DNA of 64,000 bases, from the NCBI GenBank assembly GCA_003598015.1, contig QZKE01000006.1, forward strand, positions 3,188 to 67,187. Direction: 5' to 3'. Shown piece after piece: positions 1 to 8,157 of this stretch; position 1 is the first letter of the stretch, and every line of letters begins with the position of its first letter. This DNA comes from Actinomycetota bacterium. GTDB lineage: Bacteria; Actinomycetota; Geothermincolia; Geothermincolales; RBG-13-55-18. The notes below the pieces were generated by a model, which did no database searches, had not been told where the DNA came from, and worked only from the letters and a program-made list of their open reading frames with translations. Both the position numbers and the translations under genes were made by a program.

Positions 1-3000
1 GTCCCCGCCTTCATTTGGGCAATACCTACGGAAGGGTCTCCAAACAACCTGCCAACAGTGGATTTAAAGCTGCCCACGACATAAGGAGCAGCGTCATACA
101 GTAAAGAGTACCAAGGGAAGAGCGCCCTTCGTCCATAATTCCACACATTGCCCCAGAAACCTGATCCTGGCTTCAAGGTAGCTTTTGCCCATGCACTGAA
201 AGACATTCTCTCATCGTTGCAGCTCTCCCAGGCGATTATAGATGCAAGGATTTTGGGATCGTCTATTCCAAAGTGTTTTGCCGTATCTTTTATCTGGTCC
301 CAATACTCCGCTACCGTGGGAAGTCCTATATCCTCCACCTTCCCGCGATTAAACAAGCCGTAGATAAATGTGAATAACAGGGGGCCTCCCGACCCCAACT
401 CATGTGGATCCGGCACATCACCGCTTGTAGTTCCCCCACCATATAGGCCGAAGATTCCTAAGAATCCCGCTAAGCCAGGGTGGGCATTGCTGCCAGCCTC
501 GATGGCCGCTTGGCGCGCCGCCAAGAGCTTGTACATGGTCTTCAGAATAATGTTAATTATGTTATCCGCTTCACTTCCGCTATCTGACGGATTATTTGAG
601 GGGTTATCATTTTTTGCGGCCTCTTCCTCGTCCGGAGAACTAGGACCGCCACCTCCGCCTGCAGCATGCTTCTTCCCCGTCAGGTCGCTGTAATTCACCG
701 GGTCGCAGGCGCAGTAGGGGTAGTGGTTCTGGGTTATGGGCTTTTCCATCTCACCGGGCATGGGGTCCTCGGAGAGGAAACGGCCGTGGACCGGTGAGTA
801 CCATCTGGCCCCCATCCAGGTGATGTTTGCTGAGGGGTCGGTGTAGTCGGACTGGTAGCCCAGGTCGCAGGGGAGCGTGCTCGAGAGCAGGCCTCCGTAG
901 GGGTCGTAGACGCGGGAGCCGGAGAGCTCTCCCTGTGCGTTGAGGGAGAAGGTTATGTCCTGGTGGGGGTCCAGCCCCAGGTAGCTTATATCCCCCGCCG
1001 CCTCCTGGGAGAGATGGGTGCCCCCGGGGGTGAGGGTGAAGGAGACCTCCTGGGCGCCTACGCTCTCCCCCGTCTGGTTAAGGGAGGTGCCGTCGTAGGA
1101 GAAGGAGATGGCGGCCGTGCCGTCGTCCCTCTCCGCCAGCCTCTTCAAGGGGTCGTAGGTGAGGGAGAGGTCCGTACTGCCCTTTTCGTAGGAGACGAGG
1201 CGGGAGAGGGGGTCGTAGGCGTAGGTCTCCAGGGGGTTGCTGCCCGCGTCCAGTATGCACTCCAGGTTGCCGAAATCGTCGTAGGCGTAGGTGGTACCGT
1301 CCGGTCCCGTCTCCAGGCGATTGGCGTCGTCGTAGGTGTAGACGGACTCCTGCCCTCCTTTGTCTATGCACTCCAGGTTGCCCGCCTCGTCGTAGTCATA
1401 GGTTATATCGTTTGCGGTGCTGGGAGCGTCGAAGCCTGTGAGCCGGCCCAGGGAGTCGTAGGCGTAGGAATACTCTCCGCTGCCCTCGGAGAGGCCTGTT
1501 ATATCCAGGCTCTCCCTCTTCCCCTGCCCGTTGTAGGCGTAGGTGAAGGAGGCCTGGAGCTGCGAGGTGTCCATGCTGGCGTAGGCCGCCTGGGTTGCGG
1601 TCTGGCCGCCCTCGTAGTAGGTGTAGTCTATGTGTCCCTCCTCCGCGGGCAGGGCCAGGGAGGAGAGGCGGCCGTCGTCATCCCAGGTGAGGGAATAGTT
1701 CCGGTAGGCGGGGTCGGTCACGCCCGTGAGCCGGCCCGCCTTATCGTAGGCGTAGGTGGTGGCCCCGGACTCGGTCTGGCGCAGCGCCAGCTCCCCGGAG
1801 GCCAGGTACTGGTAGCTGGTCTGGTAGCTCTCCGCCCCGGCGGTGGAGGTGACCTGGGCGAGGCGCCCCGTGGCGGGCTCGTAGAGCATATCCACGCCGC
1901 TGTCCCCCTCCTGCGCGCCGGTCAGGTTGCCGCACTCGTCGTAGGCGTATTCGATGAGGGCAAGCTGGGTGGAAGGCTCGTCCATGGCCCCCTCGGCTAT
2001 GAGCCGGCCGCGGCCGTCGTAGGCGAAGGTGAGGGAGCGGTCGGGGTCCGGGCTATCGAAGGTCCGCTTCGTCATCTCCCCCCAGGCGTTGTAGGCGTAG
2101 ACCTCCGTCTCTCCCACCGGGTTCTGCTTTGCTATGGGCCATCCGCAGGCGTCGTAGGTAAAGGAGGTGGAATTCAGCCTTGCGTCTGTGGTCTCCAGCA
2201 GGTTGCCGGTGAGGTCCATGTCGTAGGCGGTCAGCGAGGCGGTGCCGGTGCCGGTACGGGCCTGCTCGTCCCAGGGGCCGGACCACTGCTCCACCCGCCG
2301 CAGGCGGGAGAGGCCGTCGTAGGTGTAGCGGGCGGCGTCCCTGCCCCCCTCCGTCTCCCCCTCCAGGGTGAGGACCACCCTGCCGGCGGCGTCGTTGCGG
2401 AAGGTGGTGCCTATCCTTTCGTCCCCCTCGTAGGGGAGCTCGCTGCGGATCAGGCGTCCCAGGATGTCGTGGTGGTACCAGGTCTCGTATCCCAGGGGGC
2501 TCTGTATCTTGTAGAGGTTCCCCTCCAGGTCGTAGGAGTAGGTTGTGGTGTAGGCGGCTCCCCCCTCGCCCTCTATGATCTGGTAGATCCTGTTGGAGAG
2601 GTTGTCGTAGCGGTACCTCGCCGTCTTGAAGATGTCCGCGGTGGGGGTTGACTGCTGCCTGACCCTCTCCTCGATGACGTTGCCCGACTCGTCGTACTCA
2701 CGGAGGGCGTAGTAATCCCCCGGTCCCTCGGTCTGCACCTCCCGTCCCAGGTCGTCGTAGGTGCGGGTGACCGCCCTCCCCTCCGGGTCGGTCTCTCTCA
2801 CCTTGCGCTCGGAGTCCGAGTACTCGTAGGCGTAGGTGCGCTCGGACGCGGATTCGCCGGCAGCCGCGGGGAGGATCTTCTTGGTCATCCTGCCCGCCGC
2901 ATCGTACTCGTATACGGTTGTGCGCACGGCCTGCCCGGAGCCCGCCGTCTCCCACAGCAGGTTGCCGTTCGCGTCGTATCTCCAGGTCCTTACGTACGGG

Positions 3001-3191
3001 CCAGAGCCCCTCCCCCATCTCTCCATGATCTTCTTTCCCAAGGGATCGTAGGAATAATTGATAAGCTGATCCGGGGAGGAGTAGGTATGGTCCCCGTCGG
3101 TAGTGTCATTGTATATGTTCTCGCGGGTCTCGGCGGCGAGTAGGCCGTCCACCTGGTATTCAAATGACTGAGTAGTTACCATCCCCACCAT
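1..3191 (-). CDS. Orphan Rhs/YD-repeat cassette 2: core 3' segment fused to a lysozyme/SLT-like tip; 3' end lies beyond window start
   Basis: Manual minus-strand translation is open from the TAG at 3273-3275 down to position 1. It is absent from the ORF track because it has no stop in the window. First ATG is at 3191. It contains YD repeats (YAYDxxGN, YTYDDLGR). Core-end motifs WMGARWYSPVHGRFLSEDP and YPYCACDPVNYSDLTGK lie at about 700-830. It is very similar at nt level, by eye, to 5665-8131. Confidence 0.7.
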   Translation of the reverse strand, partial: MVGMVTTQSFEYQVDGLLAAETRENIYNDTTDGDHTYSSPDQLINYSYDPLGKKIMERWGRGSGPYVRTWRYDANGNLLWETAGSGQAVRTTVYEYDAAGRMTKKILPAAAGESASERTYAYEYSDSERKVRETDPEGRAVTRTYDDLGREVQTEGPGDYYALREYDESGNVIEERVRQQSTPTADIFKTARYRYDNLSNRIYQIIEGEGGAAYTTTYSYDLEGNLYKIQSPLGYETWYHHDILGRLIRSELPYEGDERIGTTFRNDAAGRVVLTLEGETEGGRDAARYTYDGLSRLRRVEQWSGPWDEQARTGTGTASLTAYDMDLTGNLLETTDARLNSTSFTYDACGWPIAKQNPVGETEVYAYNAWGEMTKRTFDSPDPDRSLTFAYDGRGRLIAEGAMDEPSTQLALIEYAYDECGNLTGAQEGDSGVDMLYEPATGRLAQVTSTAGAESYQTSYQYLASGELALRQTESGATTYAYDKAGRLTGVTDPAYRNYSLTWDDDGRLSSLALPAEEGHIDYTYYEGGQTATQAAYASMDTSQLQASFTYAYNGQGKRESLDITGLSEGSGEYSYAYDSLGRLTGFDAPSTANDITYDYDEAGNLECIDKGGQESVYTYDDANRLETGPDGTTYAYDDFGNLECILDAGSNPLETYAYDPLSRLVSYEKGSTDLSLTYDPLKRLAERDDGTAAISFSYDGTSLNQTGESVGAQEVSFTLTPGGTHLSQEAAGDISYLGLDPHQDITFSLNAQGELSGSRVYDPYGGLLSSTLPCDLGYQSDYTDPSANITWMGARWYSPVHGRFLSEDPMPGEMEKPITQNHYPYCACDPVNYSDLTGKKHAAGGGGGPSSPDEEEAAKNDNPSNNPSDSGSEADNIINIILKTMYKLLAARQAAIEAGSNAHPGLAGFLGIFGLYGGGTTSGDVPDPHELGSGGPLLFTFIYGLFNRGKVEDIGLPTVAEYWDQIKDTAKHFGIDDPKILASIIAWESCNDERMSFSAWAKATLKPGSGFWGNVWNYGRRALFPWYSLLYDAAPYVVGSFKSTVGRLFGDPSVGIAQMKAG

Positions 3192-3272
3192 GGCCGCGTA
3201 ACCCGAATTGTTGACATCATCATAGGCGAAGAAATCGTATCCCCAGGCCTCCAGACCGACGGGTATGATATG
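700..3272 (-). repeat. Rhs core 3' homology block, copy C (orphan 2)
   Basis: Aligns by eye codon-for-codon with 5665-8131 and, more distantly, with 10358-12960. Indels checked are multiples of 3. Confidence 0.8.
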
Positions 3273-3517
3273 CTAATTGCATCATTAGAGAATATATTAG
3301 ACAAGCAAAATACCTTAATGACAGTGAAGTATTTCCAGCTTGTTATAGTTAGGTAAATCAACTCTTCTATAGCATTGAGCCAGATAAATGGAAATCGTTG
3401 TTGGGGCGGTTGCTTGGTAAGGTAACTTGGAGGGTCAGAGATAGAATCGCCATCAATTATTGCAGTTACAGTCATCACGGGATTATCCTTCCTGTTTACG
3501 CTTTTCATATATTTCAA
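3176..3517 (-). CDS. Hypothetical 113-aa ORF reading across the AT-rich spacer / orphan-2 junction; possibly a remnant
   Basis: ORF track only. The N-terminal ~80 codons lie in AT-rich DNA. The last ~30 codons are an alternative frame of Rhs-homologous DNA. No recognisable motif. Confidence 0.2.
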   Translation of the reverse strand: MKYMKSVNRKDNPVMTVTAIIDGDSISDPPSYLTKQPPQQRFPFIWLNAIEELIYLTITSWKYFTVIKVFCLSNIFSNDAISISYPSVWRPGDTISSPMMMSTIRVTRPWWGW

Positions 3518-3843
3518 AGTAAGGAATAACTATAAACGATATAAGGATAACCCCCTGTTTTTCCGTTTTAAACTCTGGGGAATATTCGGGGGAATAAGCG
3601 ATGAGCGTAGCTGGAAGATAACAATTACAATGTTTACAATCTTTGGTGCCAGCATCTTTTTATTCTTCCTAGTCGTTCTAATTTTGAGTCTGTAGACAAC
3701 TTTTGTTGGACGCTAGAGTATAAAGGGTGACGTAGAATAGGGTCGAGACTAAAAGGCGGCCACGTCATGAAATAGATTGCTCTCCAAAGTGCCTACCTTG
3801 GATCATGGATAGTTGCGCTTATAATTGCGCTTATAATTACCAA

Positions 3844-4632
3844 TTATTCAAAATACAGATTCTCTATAAGATACTCCACTTCATCATCATTGACTTCGCC
3901 CAATTGATTTTGCACTGTTGCTGCATAAGGTATTCCGTCTCTAAATATCAGAAGTCGATCTTGTACAAAGACATCCTCTTCCCTCTGTATTTTGTGAGTA
4001 AAATGAATGCCACAGAATCCGCTTCTTTCGAGTTGGAAGGCCTCTATCCGTGGGGTTTCACCAACGATCGAGAATTCAGCGTACATCTCTTGCATAGCTT
4101 CCTCGATGTCTTTTCTGTTATCCATTACAAAACGCTTCATCTCCCTTAGGTTCCTTGTTTCCGGCGGTCCACCATTCTCGCCAAGCCCGTAAAAATATGC
4201 AATCTTTGAGGAGGTATGGGCTATGAATATCTGTCTATATCCACTGCTGTCAAGATAAAACGCGTCTAGTGATAAACCTGGTTCTTCCTGCTTTGCAGCC
4301 TCCGCCTCTTCGTCGAACTGCCTTCCAACCACCTGCTCATATCCGTCTGGAGTACCAATCATCTTCAATTGAGGGTGGGCTATATATCGAAAAATACCAT
4401 AGCCGACCATTACAGACGTAAATATGCACACAATGATTGCCAAGATTAGGCATATTATCTTCCAGGCGCTCCAATTTATAGAACCTCGTTTCATTGAATA
4501 TAAAACATTGTCAGGATAACAAGTTGAAGGGCACCCCTCATTTTCACTTGCATATAATTCCTCACTACATCCGATGCAAGACTCATTGGATAAGTCGTTT
4601 TCAGCCCCACAGTGAGGGCATAATATAGGCAT
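3844..4632 (-). CDS. Zinc-ribbon / single-TM protein, candidate immunity protein for orphan-1 tip
   Basis: 262-aa ORF. N-terminal CPHCG...CIGC zinc-ribbon motif. One hydrophobic helix (WKIICLILAIIVCIFTSVMVGYGIF). AGGAG 4 nt upstream of the ATG. Low GC. Sits directly 3' of the orphan-1 stop on the same strand. Confidence 0.65.
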   Translation of the reverse strand: MPILCPHCGAENDLSNESCIGCSEELYASENEGCPSTCYPDNVLYSMKRGSINWSAWKIICLILAIIVCIFTSVMVGYGIFRYIAHPQLKMIGTPDGYEQVVGRQFDEEAEAAKQEEPGLSLDAFYLDSSGYRQIFIAHTSSKIAYFYGLGENGGPPETRNLREMKRFVMDNRKDIEEAMQEMYAEFSIVGETPRIEAFQLERSGFCGIHFTHKIQREEDVFVQDRLLIFRDGIPYAATVQNQLGEVNDDEVEYLIENLYFE

Positions 4633-4792
4633 ATTCTCCTAGTCCTTCCTGCTACGTTAACATTTACTTTATTAGGCTTCGCATAACTTCATCAAACCAA
4701 TTTCGAATTCATGTTCGAGATAAAGCATTTTCCGATATTGCACATTGAATAGGTGGATGTTTCGATATGACACGATACACGAAGAATTATCC

Positions 4793-7700
4793 TCAATCCT
4801 TCTTAGGCCACCACCATATTGAACCTCCCACACCTAAGGGAAAACCTATGCTAATGCTAACTGATGGGTTAATATCCCTATCTTGCTCAAACTCAATCCC
4901 TACAGGTCCTGCCTCTATTTCTACAGTGGGTCCTGGCTCCTCTTCAGGAGTCGAATCATACTTGTATCCGGCGCCGAAGCTGAATCCATAGATTCCAAAC
5001 TTTACATCGACTCCTGAATTGGTATCGTAAGTACACTTGACACCCGGAATGCTGCCTGAAACATACCCACTAACTGGAGATATACTCAGATAACCATAGA
5101 GTTTCAAAAACAGCTTCGTTTTGTAATTACCATAACCATAACCAAAAGTATCTCTAATCATTGATTCCAATTCTAATTCGGTTAGAATTCGATTTAGTTC
5201 GGATTCATCCAATGAAGCAATCGCAAGCAAGCCTTCCATAAAATTCCTAAACGCGATATCACCTTCAGCTTTTCTTAGCTTAGCAATGGTTTTTTTCAAA
5301 CCCGCTACGGAGAGATCTTCCATTAGATCTTCCATCACCCCATAATGATGTAACAGGTTCTCAATATTCATAGCGGATTCCGCAAGTATTAGTCCTTGCC
5401 GCCAGGGATTTTTAAGACCGGCCTCTATCGCAGCTTTGCGCGTTTCAATGATCTGGTTTTTAATCCGCTGAATAATCCTCCTTCTATTCCACCTCTCTCT
5501 CTCGGCTACTCTTTCGGCCTGTATGGGATCCGCCATGGAATCCCAGTACTCGCCGGTGGATGTGCCTTCGGGAGCACTTGATACATCCCAGCTAATGGTT
5601 GGTTCGGCTGCGTCACTTTCGTTGATATTGCCTCCATTTGGATCGTAATACTTCCCCGAAAGGTCATTGAAGTTCACCGGGTCGCAGGCGCAGTAGGGGT
5701 AGGGGTTCTGGGTCATGGGCTTTTCCATCTCACCGGGCTTGGGGTCCTCGGAGAGGAAGCGGCCGTGGACCGGTGAGTACCATCTGGCCCCCATCCAGAT
5801 GAGGCTTGCTGATGGGTCGGTGTAGTCGGACTGGTAGCCCAAATCGCAGGGGTCATCTCCCGAGAGCTGGTTGCCATAAGGGTCGTAGACGCGGGAGCCC
5901 GAGAGGTTGCCGGCTGAGTCCAAGGCGAAGGTTATGTCCTGGTGGGGATCCAGCCCCAGGTAGCTTATAACCCCCGCCGCCTCCTGGGCCAGGTGCGTGC
6001 CGGAGGGGGTGAGGGTGAAGGAGACCTCCTGGGTTCCCGCCGTCTCCCCCGTCTGGGCCAGGGAGGTGCCGTCGTAGGAGAAGGAGAGGATGTCCTCGCC
6101 CTCGATCCTCTCGGCCAGCCTCTTTAAGGGGTCGTAGGTGAAGGAGAGGTCCGTCTCCCCCTTAACGTAGGTCTCGAGACGGGAGAGGGGATCGTAGGTG
6201 TAGGTCTCCAGGGGGTTGCTGCCCGCGTCCAGTATGCACTCCAGGTTGCCGAAGTCGTCGTAGGCGTAGGTGGTGCCCTCCGGTCCCGTCTGCAGGCGGT
6301 TTGCGTCGTCGTAGGTGTAGGTGGAGGCACCCTTGGCGGTGAGGTTGCCCGCCTCGTCGTAGGCGTAGGTTATGTCGTTTGCGGTGCTGGGGGCGTCGAA
6401 GCCCGTGAGCCTGCCCAGGGAGTCGTACTCATACCCGTATTCGCCGTCGCCTCCCGCGAGGCCGGCGACCTGCACGCTCTCCCGCTTGCCCGCGTCGTTG
6501 TAGGCGTAGGTGAAGGAGGCCTGGGGATCCAATTCATCCATGCTGGCGTAGGCGATCTGGGTTTCGGTCTGGCCGCCCTCGTAGTAGGTGTAGTCTATAT
6601 GGCCCTCGCCCGAGGGCAGGGCCAGGGAGGAGAGGCGGCTCTCGTCATCCCAGGTGAGGGAATAGGTCCGGTAGGCGGGATCGGTTATAGACGTGAGCCT
6701 GCCCGCCTTATCGTAGGCGTAGGTGGTGGCCCCGGCTTCCGTCTGGCGCAGCGCGAGCTCCCCCGATTGCAGGTACTGGTAGCTGGTCTGGTAGCTCTCC
6801 GTCCCGGCGGTGGAGGTTACCTCCGAGAGGCGCCCCGTGGCGGGCTCGTAGAACATATCCACGCTGCTGTCCCCCTCCTGCGCACAGGTCAGGTTGCCGC
6901 AGGCGTCGTAGGTGTAGTCGATGCGGGCGACCTCCGTCAGGGGATCCCCCTCCACGGCCCCCTCGGAGGTGAGCCGGCCGCGGCCGTCATAGCCGAAGGT
7001 CAGGGCGCGGGAGCTGCCCGAGTCCGGATAGGCCCGCGCGGTCATCTCCCCCCAGGCGTTGTAGGCGTAGACCTCCGTCTCCCCCACCGGGTTCTGCTTT
7101 GCTATGGGCCAGCCGCAGGCGTCGTAGGAGTAGGAGGTGGAATTCAGCCTTGCGTCTGTGGTCTCCAGCAGGTTGCCGGTGAGGTCTATGTCGTAGGAGG
7201 TAAGCGATGCGGTGCCGGTGCCGGTATGGGCCTGCTCGTCCCAGGGGCCGGACCACTGCTCCACCTGCCGCAGGCGGGAGAGGCCGTCGTAAGCGAGCCG
7301 GGTGGCGTCCCTGCCCTCGCCGGCTTTCCCCTCCAGGGTCAGGGTCACCCTGCCCAGAGCGTCGTTGCGGTAGGTGGTGCCTATCCTGGTCTGCCCCTCG
7401 TAGGGGAGCTCGCTGCGGATGAGGCGGCCTAGGAGGTCGTGGTGGTACCAGGTCGCGTATCCCAGGGGGCTTATGGTCAGGTAGTGGTTCCCCTCCAGGT
7501 CGTAGGAGTAGGAGGTGGTGTAGGTGGCTCCCCCCTCGCCCTCCACGATGCTGTAGATCCGGTGGGAGAGGTTGTCGTAGCGGTATCGCGCGGTCTTGAA
7601 GATGTCCGCGGCGGGGGTGGACTGCTGCCTGACCCTCTCCTCGATGACGTTGCCCGACTCGTCGTACTCACGGAGGGCATAGTAGTCCCCCGGTCCCTCG

Positions 7701-7915
7701 GTCTGCACCTCCCGGCCCAGGTCGTCGTAGGTGCGGGTGGTAACCCTGCCGCAGGGATCTGTCTCGGAGACCTTCCTCTCGGCGTCGGAGTACTCGTAGG
7801 CGTAGGTGCATTCACTGTCGGGCTCGCCCGCGGCTGCGGGGAGGATCTTCTTGGTCACCCTCCCCGCCGCGTCGTACTCGTAGGTGGTTACGCGCTGGCT
7901 CGTGCCGGAGCCCAC
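4793..7915 (-). CDS. Orphan Rhs/YD-repeat cassette 1: core 3' segment plus unrecognised C-terminal toxin tip
   Basis: 1040-aa ORF from a GTG. The same frame stays open and Rhs-homologous up to 8131 (TGA at 8132-8134). YD repeats run throughout. Core-end motifs are ARWYSPVHGRFLSEDP and YPYCACDPVNFNDLSGK. They are followed by ~290 low-GC codons (4796-5665). Confidence 0.8.
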   Translation of the reverse strand: MGSGTSQRVTTYEYDAAGRVTKKILPAAAGEPDSECTYAYEYSDAERKVSETDPCGRVTTRTYDDLGREVQTEGPGDYYALREYDESGNVIEERVRQQSTPAADIFKTARYRYDNLSHRIYSIVEGEGGATYTTSYSYDLEGNHYLTISPLGYATWYHHDLLGRLIRSELPYEGQTRIGTTYRNDALGRVTLTLEGKAGEGRDATRLAYDGLSRLRQVEQWSGPWDEQAHTGTGTASLTSYDIDLTGNLLETTDARLNSTSYSYDACGWPIAKQNPVGETEVYAYNAWGEMTARAYPDSGSSRALTFGYDGRGRLTSEGAVEGDPLTEVARIDYTYDACGNLTCAQEGDSSVDMFYEPATGRLSEVTSTAGTESYQTSYQYLQSGELALRQTEAGATTYAYDKAGRLTSITDPAYRTYSLTWDDESRLSSLALPSGEGHIDYTYYEGGQTETQIAYASMDELDPQASFTYAYNDAGKRESVQVAGLAGGDGEYGYEYDSLGRLTGFDAPSTANDITYAYDEAGNLTAKGASTYTYDDANRLQTGPEGTTYAYDDFGNLECILDAGSNPLETYTYDPLSRLETYVKGETDLSFTYDPLKRLAERIEGEDILSFSYDGTSLAQTGETAGTQEVSFTLTPSGTHLAQEAAGVISYLGLDPHQDITFALDSAGNLSGSRVYDPYGNQLSGDDPCDLGYQSDYTDPSASLIWMGARWYSPVHGRFLSEDPKPGEMEKPMTQNPYPYCACDPVNFNDLSGKYYDPNGGNINESDAAEPTISWDVSSAPEGTSTGEYWDSMADPIQAERVAERERWNRRRIIQRIKNQIIETRKAAIEAGLKNPWRQGLILAESAMNIENLLHHYGVMEDLMEDLSVAGLKKTIAKLRKAEGDIAFRNFMEGLLAIASLDESELNRILTELELESMIRDTFGYGYGNYKTKLFLKLYGYLSISPVSGYVSGSIPGVKCTYDTNSGVDVKFGIYGFSFGAGYKYDSTPEEEPGPTVEIEAGPVGIEFEQDRDINPSVSISIGFPLGVGGSIWWWPKKD

Positions 7916-8131
7916 CTTCTCCCACAGCAGGTTGCCATTGGCGTCGTATATCCAGATCTTCTCGTGCGCGGTATCTCCCCGCGCCCAGCGCTCCAGGACC
8001 TTCTTGCCGAAGGGGTCGTAGGAGTAGGTGATGTCCTGGGCGGGGGAGCGCTCATCGGGGTTTCCGTTGCACCTGGTCTCCTCCGAGAGGAGGCCGTCGC
8101 AGGTGTAGTCGTAGGAGGCTATCTCGGTGAA
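5665..8131 (-). repeat. Rhs core 3' homology block, copy B (orphan 1)
   Basis: Starts 26 nt after the stop of the WG-repeat gene. Matches main-gene residues from about DYDYFCDGLLSWETR onward. Confidence 0.8.
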
Positions 8132-8157
8132 TCAATGGAGTATGTTTCTAGCTTCGA

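Noticed and set aside
963-2651. 562-aa plus-strand ORF, with similar ones at 6599-7432, 7439-8164, 10649-11257, 11657-13195, 18293-19252 and 20357-20911
   Set aside because: They lie antisense to the Rhs genes and are Gly/Val/Arg/Pro-rich with no motifs. These are typical open antisense frames of GC-rich YD-repeat DNA. The minus-strand frames carry clear Rhs motifs.
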